Origin: a virus
Virus record (IMG/VR): IMGVR_UViG_3300045988_174353
Location: 12,580-76,579 of that record
Strand: one strand, 5' to 3'
Length of the DNA stretch: 64,000 nt
The stretch's first letter is position 1. Each line of letters begins with the position of its first letter. Below, piece after piece: positions 16,449 to 23,882 of this stretch. The notes under the pieces were generated by a model, which worked only from the letters and a program-made list of their open reading frames with translations, did not search any database and was not told where the DNA came from. The translations under genes and the position numbers were made by a program.

Positions 16449-16906
16449 AATTCTTCTTCCTCGTTGATAAACATATTATACGGACAGCCTTTGCCGTCTT
16501 TGTATTGATTTATTTCGCAATCACACGCAATGCACATATTGTATACCGCGCAGTCTTTGAAATCATCTTTTGTACAGCCGATACATTTCCATGACCGCAA
16601 TTCTTCCAGAGCAGGTTCGATATCATCGCTTGCGACGTTTGATATTGTTGTTCCGCCCATTCCGTAACGACTAATCAGGTCGATTTTATTGTCGCGGTTC
16701 ATTGCCAAAATCTTTTTGCGATATGCGGCTCCCAAACGCTCTAAAATCGAGTCGTTCGCCTTGCCTATACAATTAGCCGCAAGCGTTAAATTACGGCTTT
16801 CTTCGGGCGTTAAAGCGTCGGAATGAGCCAAATCTTCTATAATCGGTTTAAGCCCGACGATAAAGATATGCCGCACGCGGTCTTTTGTTGTAAAATAGTC
16901 TTTCAT
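16445..16906 (-). CDS. hypothetical protein with C-terminal Cys cluster
   Basis: 153-aa ORF containing WKCIGCTKDDFKDCAVYNMCIACDC. Confidence 0.6.
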   Translation of the reverse strand: MKDYFTTKDRVRHIFIVGLKPIIEDLAHSDALTPEESRNLTLAANCIGKANDSILERLGAAYRKKILAMNRDNKIDLISRYGMGGTTISNVASDDIEPALEELRSWKCIGCTKDDFKDCAVYNMCIACDCEINQYKDGKGCPYNMFINEEEEL

Positions 16907-16914
16907 TTTACCTC

Positions 16915-17184
16915 CTAATCACAAGAAGAAACACGGCTGGAATCGTTCATAATATAATCGTGAATAATATCTATTGAATCCCACGATATGTAATATATAG
17001 CAGTCGGTTTGTAATTAACATCTGTAAACCCTAATGTATACGAAGTTAAACCGTCAAAATTAGCATAAAATCGATAATATCGATTAGCATTAGTTTTAAC
17101 TTTATTGTATAAATCTAAATCAAATTCTTGTATTGCGTTTAGCAATCTGCTTAATTGCTCTTTACTCAATGTTATAGGTTTCAT
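16915..17184 (-). CDS. hypothetical protein
   Basis: 89-aa ORF. Confidence 0.55.
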   Translation of the reverse strand: MKPITLSKEQLSRLLNAIQEFDLDLYNKVKTNANRYYRFYANFDGLTSYTLGFTDVNYKPTAIYYISWDSIDIIHDYIMNDSSRVSSCD

Positions 17185-17189
17185 AATTA

Positions 17190-17465
17190 TTAGTTCCTTT
17201 TAGATAACTTCTCCCAAAATACTAGTAAAAAATGACAAGCGAGACACAGTGTCGCTACTGAATGAGTGAGTATTTCGCATTTTGGAAGCCATATAACCAA
17301 TCCAAGTGAGCCGACGATGCAAAACTCAGATATCGCTGTTCCAAGAGGGTCTATATCGGGTTCCCAATTATCTGCGTCAATTACAAACCATCCAGATACC
17401 CAAATTATGACGTATACACCCAACCAAATCAACGCAAATATCATATTTGTATTTATTACTTTCAT
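17190..17465 (-). CDS. small membrane protein (about 3 TM)
   Basis: ATG 17465 (MKVINTNMIFALIWLGVYVIIWV..) lies 1 nt after the upstream TAA. The track start is 17504. Confidence 0.55.
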   Translation of the reverse strand: MKVINTNMIFALIWLGVYVIIWVSGWFVIDADNWEPDIDPLGTAISEFCIVGSLGLVIWLPKCEILTHSVATLCLACHFLLVFWEKLSKRN

Positions 17466-17466
17466 T

Positions 17467-17802
17467 TTACTTTTCATCCTCGTATTTTTTAATCGTATAG
17501 ACATGTTCTAACGGGACAAAATGGAACAATCTTTTCCCAATATCTACCCCGTCCCAGCCCTTATCGGAATAGTACAATCCTCTACAGATATCGTTATGTC
17601 CGTTATAGAATATTTCTTCACCGATTCCATAAGGCACCATAACTAACTTGCCGTTCTGAATCATATCTTCCAGTTCAGCCAATCGTTCCACAGCATTTTG
17701 TTCTGTCGCTTCAAAATCGACGTCATCGTATATGAGTTCGGCGATTTTGTTTTCGTCGCGCCGAGTCAGTCTTTTGTAAGTTGAATTAAAATCATCTTTC
17801 AT
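17467..17802 (-). CDS. hypothetical protein (paralogue of 21104..21490)
   Basis: The track start 17862 is the TTG of the -35 box. ATG 17802 (MKDDFNSTYKRLTRR..) has an AAAGGAAGG RBS. Shares YKRLT..RLAELED..NGKLV with 21104..21490. Confidence 0.7.
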   Translation of the reverse strand: MKDDFNSTYKRLTRRDENKIAELIYDDVDFEATEQNAVERLAELEDMIQNGKLVMVPYGIGEEIFYNGHNDICRGLYYSDKGWDGVDIGKRLFHFVPLEHVYTIKKYEDEK

Positions 17803-17833
17803 TTCGTTTACCTTCCTTTCATTTTGTAAGTAC

Positions 17834-17862
17834 ATTGTAACACATTCAAACAACATTGTCAA
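17834..17862 (-). promoter_or_regulatory. sigma-70/sigma-A type promoter
   Basis: Minus strand reads AAAATCGC-TTGACA (17862-17857), 17-nt spacer, TACAAT (17839-17834). Confidence 0.75.
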
Positions 17863-17887
17863 GCGATTTTACAACACTTTTGAAAAA

Positions 17888-17930
17888 TTTTTATAAAAAA
17901 TACCTGAACAGATTTGCTCTGCCCAGGTAT
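17888..17930 (-). terminator. rho-independent terminator
   Basis: Minus strand reads ATACCTG-GG-CAGA-gcaaa-TCTG-TT-CAGGTAT (17930-17900), followed by TTTTTATAAAAATTTTT. Confidence 0.75.
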
Positions 17931-17934
17931 ATTG

Positions 17935-18111
17935 TTACTTGCTCGGTCTGAACCTTTTACACTTTTTCTCGAATAGTCTCGGTCGCCCTAAACAGTAACA
18001 GCCTTTTAACGCTGTAAACTGGTCGCATTTATAGCAGTTTATCCCAGTGCATTTCAAGTACACGCATTTCGAACACTGCTTCGCTCGAAAACGCTTTATT
18101 CGGGATGTCAT
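17935..18111 (-). CDS. small Cys-rich protein (58 aa, below ORF-track cutoff)
   Basis: ATG overlaps the upstream TGA (ATGA). Protein MTSRIKRFRAKQCSKCVYLKCTGINCYKCDQFTALKGCYCLGRPRLFEKKCKRFRPSK*. The stop abuts the terminator. Confidence 0.55.
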   Translation of the reverse strand: MTSRIKRFRAKQCSKCVYLKCTGINCYKCDQFTALKGCYCLGRPRLFEKKCKRFRPSK

Positions 18112-18428
18112 TGCTGGGGTGTGGTTGTACCGTTGTCGCGGTAGATTATTGTTACCGTAGAATACGCATTTGTAGAATACATCGCGCCTATTTGAAATTC
18201 TATAGAAATAATCGTTTTATCCCGATTATCCATCAGCCATTCATTCGCTTGATTATTTATTTCTTCCAAATTAGTAGAAATAACTCCAATAATTTTTATT
18301 TTTATCTCTCCGCTGTAATCGGGTCTCGTTACTACGACCGTCGGCGTAGTTTCAGTCGTCGAACCGATTTTCTTCGCGCCGCAGGACGTACAGCCGATAA
18401 CGGTGCAGATTGCTACAATGAGTACCAA
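18108..18428 (-). CDS. putative lipoprotein (N-terminus probably disrupted by a frameshift)
   Basis: As given the ORF starts at TTG 18428 (..VLIVAICTVIGCTSCG). ATG 18448 has a GGAG RBS and encodes MKIKK.. in the +1 frame. One extra base in the A5/T4 runs at 18431-18439 would give MKIKK-VLLVLIVAICTVIGC, a canonical lipoprotein signal. Confidence 0.6.
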   Translation of the reverse strand: MVLIVAICTVIGCTSCGAKKIGSTTETTPTVVVTRPDYSGEIKIKIIGVISTNLEEINNQANEWLMDNRDKTIISIEFQIGAMYSTNAYSTVTIIYRDNGTTTPQQ

Positions 18429-18444
18429 TAAAACTTTTTGATTT

Positions 18445-18891
18445 TCATAATTTATTCTCCTTTAATAAATTTATAACTGTTTGAACAATTTTGTCGTGAT
18501 ATTCGTCGGCATATTCATCCGAATCATTAAAACTGGGGTCAATCCGACTTACTTTGTTTTGGTATTCCATAAGAGAATCATCATAAATGTTAGCGTTAGG
18601 CGAATATTCCCAATAACCACGAATGAACCTTGCATATCCTATTTCAGTTTCGTAATACCGATTGCCTTCAACCTCTCCTCCGCCGATAGATTCAAAGCCG
18701 TTTATCAGATGAATACAGCAGTCGGGGGCGGTCAAAGGAGATTGATATTTACCGATTGTAGATACCACAATTTTCTTGTTGTTAAACGAAATTAAAGTAT
18801 TTCTGTGATAGTTACAGCGCGACCCGCAAATCCAATGTCCTGCCCAGCCACGTTCCTTAACGGTTATATTTTCGTCGATATTATTATACAT
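18445..18891 (-). CDS. hypothetical protein
   Basis: ATG 18891 (MYNNIDENITVKERGW..) follows a GGGAGG RBS. The track start 19071 lies deep inside the upstream gene. Confidence 0.6.
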   Translation of the reverse strand: MYNNIDENITVKERGWAGHWICGSRCNYHRNTLISFNNKKIVVSTIGKYQSPLTAPDCCIHLINGFESIGGGEVEGNRYYETEIGYARFIRGYWEYSPNANIYDDSLMEYQNKVSRIDPSFNDSDEYADEYHDKIVQTVINLLKENKL

Positions 18892-19306
18892 TAGAACCTC
18901 CCGAAGTGCAAGTAATTTTATTAGGATTTTTCGCGCAAAATTGACAAGGCGAATCTCCGACATAAGGCGTTTTGAGATACTTCGGGTTATTCGGGCAACC
19001 TTCGCAACCGCTCCATTTATCCGCTTTCGTTGCCCAATCGGGAAGCGTGAAAGGGCGATAAACCAAGTCATTGAATTTATCTCCGCGAATTTTATATCCG
19101 TCTGGCAACGACGGATTCCCGTACCAAATCGGCGGTATGTAAGGGACCATTCCGTTCACGCCTTTATGCGGTAATTTCAGTTGACAGCAAGGACAAATCA
19201 CCACACCAACTCCCACGTCTTCATATTCGTAAGTAAACTCGCAACCACAATTCGGGCAAGTTATATTAAACTTTTTACAACCTTCTTTAACTATTTCTAT
19301 CGCCAT
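18884..19306 (-). CDS. hypothetical zinc-ribbon protein
   Basis: 140 aa containing CPNCGC..CPCC. Confidence 0.6.
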   Translation of the reverse strand: MAIEIVKEGCKKFNITCPNCGCEFTYEYEDVGVGVVICPCCQLKLPHKGVNGMVPYIPPIWYGNPSLPDGYKIRGDKFNDLVYRPFTLPDWATKADKWSGCEGCPNNPKYLKTPYVGDSPCQFCAKNPNKITCTSGGSNV

Positions 19307-19526
19307 TTTTCTGTTTTAACTCCTTAGTTTTTATTCCGAGTGTATTGTCAAACACAAACAGTTGCTTTATATCCGACTCAAACATTTTTCTCATACCTCT
19401 TCCCCAGTCGGCAATCATAAGCGGGCTGTGCGAATAGTATTTATATAATTCGCTTCCGTCGTTAAAAACGATAAGCAATGAATAACGCTTTTCGGCTTCG
19501 GGGCGGGGCTTTTGAAATGAAAACAT
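19287..19526 (-). CDS. hypothetical protein
   Basis: 79-aa ORF with a GAGGTG RBS upstream of ATG 19526. Confidence 0.6.
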   Translation of the reverse strand: MFSFQKPRPEAEKRYSLLIVFNDGSELYKYYSHSPLMIADWGRGMRKMFESDIKQLFVFDNTLGIKTKELKQKNGDRNS

Positions 19527-19693
19527 TTAATACACCTCGTATTCGCCTTTTTATTCCAGCAATCTTTCGGGCAGGTAAAGTGGTATCTCCGCTCGCATTT
19601 ACTGCAAGGTAATTTATTCCAATCTACCTCGATTATCTTTATTACATTGCCGTTTTTATCGACTTTCTTGATTTTGCGGATGTCAGGATTCAT
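19415..19693 (-). CDS. small Cys-rich protein; the 3' end as given is probably a frameshift artefact (true stop likely 19527)
   Basis: As given the ORF overlaps the next gene by 112 nt. One extra A in the A5 run (plus-strand T5, 19548-19552) gives ..CPKDCWNKKGEYEVY* with TAA directly abutting ATG 19526. Confidence 0.55.
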   Translation of the reverse strand: MNPDIRKIKKVDKNGNVIKIIEVDWNKLPCSKCERRYHFTCPKDCWNKKANTRCIKCFHFKSPAPKPKSVIHCLSFLTTEANYINTIRTARL

Positions 19694-19917
19694 GTTTCAT
19701 ATCTCCAACTATTCTGTCCTTTCATTACAGTCTTTTTAATGTAGTAAGGTCTTTGATAAAAATATTTAGTTTTATGTCTAAATGTTTTACCGTTAAAGCG
19801 TTTTCTTTCGCAACGATGATAATGTCTTTCTCTTTGATAAAACACATGCGTTCTTGCTCGTGCGTACCATTCATATTCACTTTCAACAAAGTTATACATT
19901 TGATTAAATTCCATCAT
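19690..19917 (-). CDS. hypothetical basic protein
   Basis: ATG 19917 (MMEFNQMYNF..) lies 1 nt after the upstream TAA, with a GGGGGAAAGAG RBS. The track start 20001 is inside the upstream gene. Confidence 0.55.
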   Translation of the reverse strand: MMEFNQMYNFVESEYEWYARARTHVFYQRERHYHRCERKRFNGKTFRHKTKYFYQRPYYIKKTVMKGQNSWRYET

Positions 19918-19918
19918 C

Positions 19919-20200
19919 TTAACTCTTTCCCCCCTTTTCTTTAAGTTCGTTCTGGATATCTTCGTCGACTTTTTCTTTGTAGCACAATTTGAGCATGTCA
20001 ATCATTCTATACATTGTAAATGTCCCGACCGCCCCCACTCCTGTTATAGTAACCAGCATGCAGATTTCTGTATCGGTCAAAAGCGATACAGTTCCAAGGA
20101 TAAGCAATCCAGCAAAAAGCATTCCTGTAAAGATAAGCATTGCAATCATACAAATCGTTAAGCCAATGAGTGCCGTTTCTTTTTTGTTATTGTCTTTCAT
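19919..20200 (-). CDS. small membrane protein (2 TM)
   Basis: 93 aa, first gene after the promoter at 20231-20259, with a GAGGTG RBS. Confidence 0.65.
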   Translation of the reverse strand: MKDNNKKETALIGLTICMIAMLIFTGMLFAGLLILGTVSLLTDTEICMLVTITGVGAVGTFTMYRMIDMLKLCYKEKVDEDIQNELKEKGGKS

Positions 20201-20230
20201 TTATTTGCACCTCGTTTATTTTGTACCCCT

Positions 20231-20259
20231 ATTTTATCATAAAGAAATAATCTTGTCAA
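20231..20259 (-). promoter_or_regulatory. sigma-70/sigma-A type promoter
   Basis: Minus strand reads TTGACA (20259-20254), 17-nt spacer, TAAAAT (20236-20231). Confidence 0.65.
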
Positions 20260-20301
20260 TCATTTTCTTTACATTTACTAATTTTTTTTGAACTGACAAA
20301 T

Positions 20302-20760
20302 TTACAGATTTTCTTCCACCACAAGGCTTATCGCCGTTATATCGTTGCAGTCGACCGCGGACCGTACTCCAATAACTTTGTAATCATTATACGGACAAGG
20401 GACAATACCACGAGACTGCATAGAAGCAATATCTTCTTTATTACCCGATGCTTGCCAATCCATACCTTTCCAGAGCAACGTGTCGACACGTTTGCGAAGT
20501 TTACAATTGTCCCGAACCTGCTCGAACTCAAACGTTTCTTTATAGATATACAAGGCTGAATTATGCGCGACATAGCGTTCCACAAACTCCGAAACGGTTA
20601 ATTGCGTTCCGTTTTTTAGTTTTTGAATTTCGGTTGCCGCGCGTTTGGCAAACTCTTCGTGTTCCTGTAACTCTTTCTTAAATTCGGCAAGCATTTCTTC
20701 GTAAAGTTTTGCTCCTGCCTTAAACCCTTTTTCATAGGCTAATTCTGCTGTGTTTATCAT
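20302..20760 (-). CDS. hypothetical protein
   Basis: 152-aa ORF. Confidence 0.6.
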   Translation of the reverse strand: MINTAELAYEKGFKAGAKLYEEMLAEFKKELQEHEEFAKRAATEIQKLKNGTQLTVSEFVERYVAHNSALYIYKETFEFEQVRDNCKLRKRVDTLLWKGMDWQASGNKEDIASMQSRGIVPCPYNDYKVIGVRSAVDCNDITAISLVVEENL

Positions 20761-20789
20761 AATGAACCTCTTAATTTTCCTGTACTTAA

Positions 20790-21104
20790 TTATAAATTTA
20801 CTTCTAACCCTTTTGCTTTTACTTGTCGTTTTAAGTTTTCAAATTTATTTTGTGCATCAACTATTCTTTTCATTTCGATAGACAATGTGTCGTCTATGTA
20901 CTTTTGAACAATTTTCTTAAAATCTGTTTCGTTAGTCGTCCAAGTCTCGCCCTCTTCAGCCTTTCGAAGTTGCGAGACGTACCGAACCGTACGAAGTGAG
21001 GACTGCCTATCAAGATAATATAATTTATCCGTTTCTTTGATAACGGGAATTGTCTCGACATATAATTTCCCATATATGACTTTAATTGCATAAATTTTTT
21101 TCAT
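20790..21104 (-). CDS. hypothetical protein
   Basis: 104-aa ORF. Confidence 0.6.
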   Translation of the reverse strand: MKKIYAIKVIYGKLYVETIPVIKETDKLYYLDRQSSLRTVRYVSQLRKAEEGETWTTNETDFKKIVQKYIDDTLSIEMKRIVDAQNKFENLKRQVKAKGLEVNL

Positions 21105-21490
21105 TATATCGTTTGCCCTGCCTCTTTTATCTTTTTTAATGCTTCGGCTTCCGTTAAAAATAACGTTTTCCCTAAACTTGAAATTGCCGTTTCATATACC
21201 GAATTTCGAGCCAATTTCAGTTTTAATCCTTTTTCTGTAATTATGATTTTCTCGACCTTTGTTTGCTGAATAAACGGCGGTTTATGGTTTTTGAAAACTT
21301 CGTAAATAGTGTCTCCTACTTTACAAGGCAACTCAACAAGCGTTCCGTTTTCGTTTTTGTCTTCCAATTCAGCAAGGCGTTCTAAAATTTCTTCATCAGG
21401 TGCATTTTTCAAAGTTAATCGAGTTCCTTTTTTGAAAAAATCGCCTTCTTCTTCAACATAGCGTTCTGTCAATCTTTTATAGTCTTTCAT
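21104..21490 (-). CDS. hypothetical protein (paralogue of 17467..17802)
   Basis: MKDYKRLTERY...ILERLAELEDKNENGTLVELPCKVGDTIYEV. Confidence 0.65.
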   Translation of the reverse strand: MKDYKRLTERYVEEEGDFFKKGTRLTLKNAPDEEILERLAELEDKNENGTLVELPCKVGDTIYEVFKNHKPPFIQQTKVEKIIITEKGLKLKLARNSVYETAISSLGKTLFLTEAEALKKIKEAGQTI

Positions 21491-21678
21491 CTTACTATCT
21501 CTATTTTTTTAACGTGTGTTTTACGAAAAGAATAATTTGCAACTTCGTAACGGTCGGGCTTCCACTCCGCGCGGGTTAATACGCCCGTTATTGTTGTATC
21601 GTCAAAAAGTGTAACTTTTACTTTCTTGCCCAAAATGGCATTTAACTCTTCGCTTTCGTGTGTGTAGTGCTTTTTCAT
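21487..21678 (-). CDS. hypothetical protein
   Basis: 63-aa ORF, ATGA-coupled to the next gene. Confidence 0.5.
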   Translation of the reverse strand: MKKHYTHESEELNAILGKKVKVTLFDDTTITGVLTRAEWKPDRYEVANYSFRKTHVKKIEIVR

Positions 21679-21682
21679 TTTT

Positions 21683-22114
21683 TTACTCCTTAATTAGTGA
21701 TTTTAGTTTTTCTGTTTTCGGGTCAAGTGTATTATCGCAAATAATATTATTCGCAAGGATTCCGCTTGCAAGCAATATCGTCAATTCGTTTGCGTTTGGG
21801 AACTGCTTTATAAATTGTTCTAACAATCGCGCTCGCGTTTCGTGGCAATTATCCGCTTGAATATCTACTCCGACAATACTTGATAAAGCCTTTAAGCCGT
21901 CTTTTTCATTTTCACAACGTGAGTATTTGCGAGCGAGTATTTCGACCAAAAAGTTACCGTTCCCGCAAGCGGGTTCAAAAAAAGTGCTTTCGATATTATC
22001 CCATATTTCGACAGGAATAAGGTCGCACATATCTTTAACAATAAATTCGGGTGTATATACTTCCGCAAAATCTTTAACTCTTTGCTTGCTCTTTATGATT
22101 TTCGACTTGCCCAT
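21683..22114 (-). CDS. truncated N6-adenine MTase-like protein (SAM-binding motif I only)
   Basis: EVYTPEFIVKDM....FFEPACGNGNFLVEI matches the TP...V and EP-x-CG-x-G-x-F motifs at the N-terminus of gamma-class DNA MTases. The ORF is only 143 aa and no (N/D)PPY motif is present. Confidence 0.45.
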   Translation of the reverse strand: MGKSKIIKSKQRVKDFAEVYTPEFIVKDMCDLIPVEIWDNIESTFFEPACGNGNFLVEILARKYSRCENEKDGLKALSSIVGVDIQADNCHETRARLLEQFIKQFPNANELTILLASGILANNIICDNTLDPKTEKLKSLIKE

Positions 22115-22226
22115 TTATTAAATTTAACAAATCCTCCACTATCATTTTACTTTTGCTTTTATACGCTTTGAGTGCCTTTATCAAAACTTTCAAATCCTTT
22201 TCGGTTAAATCGAATTTAATTATCAT
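22074..22226 (-). CDS. possible small protein (50 aa)
   Basis: MIIKFDLTEKDLKVLIKALKAYKSKSKMIVEDLLNLINGQVENHKEQAKS*. It overlaps both neighbouring genes, so the call is uncertain. Confidence 0.25.
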   Translation of the reverse strand: MIIKFDLTEKDLKVLIKALKAYKSKSKMIVEDLLNLINGQVENHKEQAKS

Positions 22227-22812
22227 TGTTGTTTTGTTCCTCCACCTCTTCAACAAACATATATGACTGCGGCGGGCGATATAAATACTTCCTTTCGCCC
22301 GTGCAAGTTCTGCAAGGCATTTCGAAGAGCGGTGTTTCGTGCCAAACACAACCGCAACAACAATCGCTCTCGTCGGCAATCGTAAAAAACTCGTTCAACT
22401 CTTTCGGCTTGTCGTAAATCTTTAAGTCGGATATATGCCAGCCGTAAAGGGTTTTGCCTTTGCCGTACCGTATCAGTTCGGGCTGATTAAGGCACATTGC
22501 TTTTTGTTCGACGTGTGTTACTCGATATTCTGCTTCGTAATGGCTAAAAGTATATTCATCAACCTTATCGCATATAAACTCGCCGATTACTCTGCCAAAC
22601 CCATAATAAGCGTCTGTGTTTTCCCAAAAATTTACCTTTTGCAATACTTTACCGTGTTCTATCGGTAACAGGTTTTTACGGTCTTTCGTGCAATAGATAT
22701 AAGCCTTAAACGGTAATTCTTTCGGCGCAGATTTGCGAACTTCGATTGTCTTTTCGCCATTCACTATTTTTTCAACCCATTCAGGGCGAATACTGATTAA
22801 AACGCTTTTCAT
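22216..22812 (-). CDS. ASCH (PUA-like) domain protein with C-terminal Cys cluster
   Basis: The N-terminus MKSVLISIRPEWVEKIVNGEKTIEVRKSAPK is the typical ASCH opening. C-terminus contains CCCGCVWHETPLFEMPCRTC. Confidence 0.6.
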   Translation of the reverse strand: MKSVLISIRPEWVEKIVNGEKTIEVRKSAPKELPFKAYIYCTKDRKNLLPIEHGKVLQKVNFWENTDAYYGFGRVIGEFICDKVDEYTFSHYEAEYRVTHVEQKAMCLNQPELIRYGKGKTLYGWHISDLKIYDKPKELNEFFTIADESDCCCGCVWHETPLFEMPCRTCTGERKYLYRPPQSYMFVEEVEEQNNNDN

Positions 22813-23369
22813 TACTCATACTCCTTTAATAGTTCGTCGATGTCTTTAACAAGTATGACGTGCTTGCTCGTACAATAACAGTCAATGCTTGGATAATAGT
22901 TATGTACTTTCTTTTTCAAGTTTTTCGCAAACTCTTTGACAATCGATTTTTTACATTCTTTCAACTGAAAACATAAATGATTGTTTACTTCCATAAGCCT
23001 GTCGATTTTTTTCATATTATTGTTAAGTTCGTCGCATATCTCGTGAATATCCTTAAACTCGTGTCTACACCCGTCGAGAATATTCGTTACATACAGAATT
23101 TTGCCGTCTTTCACGACGAACCCGCGCACTATACCGTCAATGTCTGGATATTCTTTTTTCGATGTATCTACGGGCTTTTCGACTGTTTCTTCAATGCCTT
23201 TTTCGTAGCCCTCTTTATATGCCTTTTGCGTGTCGCTTGCAAAGTCGCTTGTAAAGGTCTTGCGATAACCTGCATTGTAAAGGGCTTCGGCAAGTTTATA
23301 AGTGCCACCATCAAAAAGATTATCAATTATATCATTTTGAAATTCTACAATCTGCTGTTCTTTGTTCAT
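22812..23369 (-). CDS. hypothetical protein
   Basis: 185-aa ORF. Confidence 0.6.
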   Translation of the reverse strand: MNKEQQIVEFQNDIIDNLFDGGTYKLAEALYNAGYRKTFTSDFASDTQKAYKEGYEKGIEETVEKPVDTSKKEYPDIDGIVRGFVVKDGKILYVTNILDGCRHEFKDIHEICDELNNNMKKIDRLMEVNNHLCFQLKECKKSIVKEFAKNLKKKVHNYYPSIDCYCTSKHVILVKDIDELLKEYE

Positions 23370-23380
23370 TCATATACTCC

Positions 23381-23677
23381 TTAAAAAATTTTATCTCCGC
23401 GACCCTCATAACGCCTTTCGATTTTCTTAAAAATCATTTTTAATCGATACTTAAATCCCGATAATGCCGTTTCACATTCCTTTTTTGTCGGTCGAATCAC
23501 ATTGTATTCACACAATATTGTGCCGTCATACCCCGTACCAATATTAAACCCAACACCGTTGTTATTCCCAAAAGTTACCAACTCATCAAATACTGCCTTG
23601 TTGATTTTAACGAATTTATCCAAATTATTTATTTTATCCTTAATTTCGTATAATCCTCTGATAAATTTTTTAGCCAT
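23381..23677 (-). CDS. hypothetical protein
   Basis: ATG 23677 (MAKKFIRGLYEIKD..) lies 1 nt after the upstream stop. The track start is 23698. Confidence 0.55.
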   Translation of the reverse strand: MAKKFIRGLYEIKDKINNLDKFVKINKAVFDELVTFGNNNGVGFNIGTGYDGTILCEYNVIRPTKKECETALSGFKYRLKMIFKKIERRYEGRGDKIF

Positions 23678-23678
23678 T

Positions 23679-23876
23679 TTACTCTTTCCTTGTGTCAAAA
23701 TAAGTTATATCTTTTATTCGATAACGACAAGTGCAATCGCGAGAAGTATTTTTACAAAGTTGAGCGTAATACTTGTACTTAATCGTTTTGCCGTTCTCGA
23801 ACTTTATTTGTGTTACCTTTTGCAATTTACCTTTATTTATGCAGTCGCACTCGGCTATGCAATAAAAATATTTCAT
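23679..23876 (-). CDS. hypothetical Cys-rich protein
   Basis: 65-aa ORF. Confidence 0.5.
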   Translation of the reverse strand: MKYFYCIAECDCINKGKLQKVTQIKFENGKTIKYKYYAQLCKNTSRDCTCRYRIKDITYFDTRKE

Positions 23877-23882
23877 TTCTCT

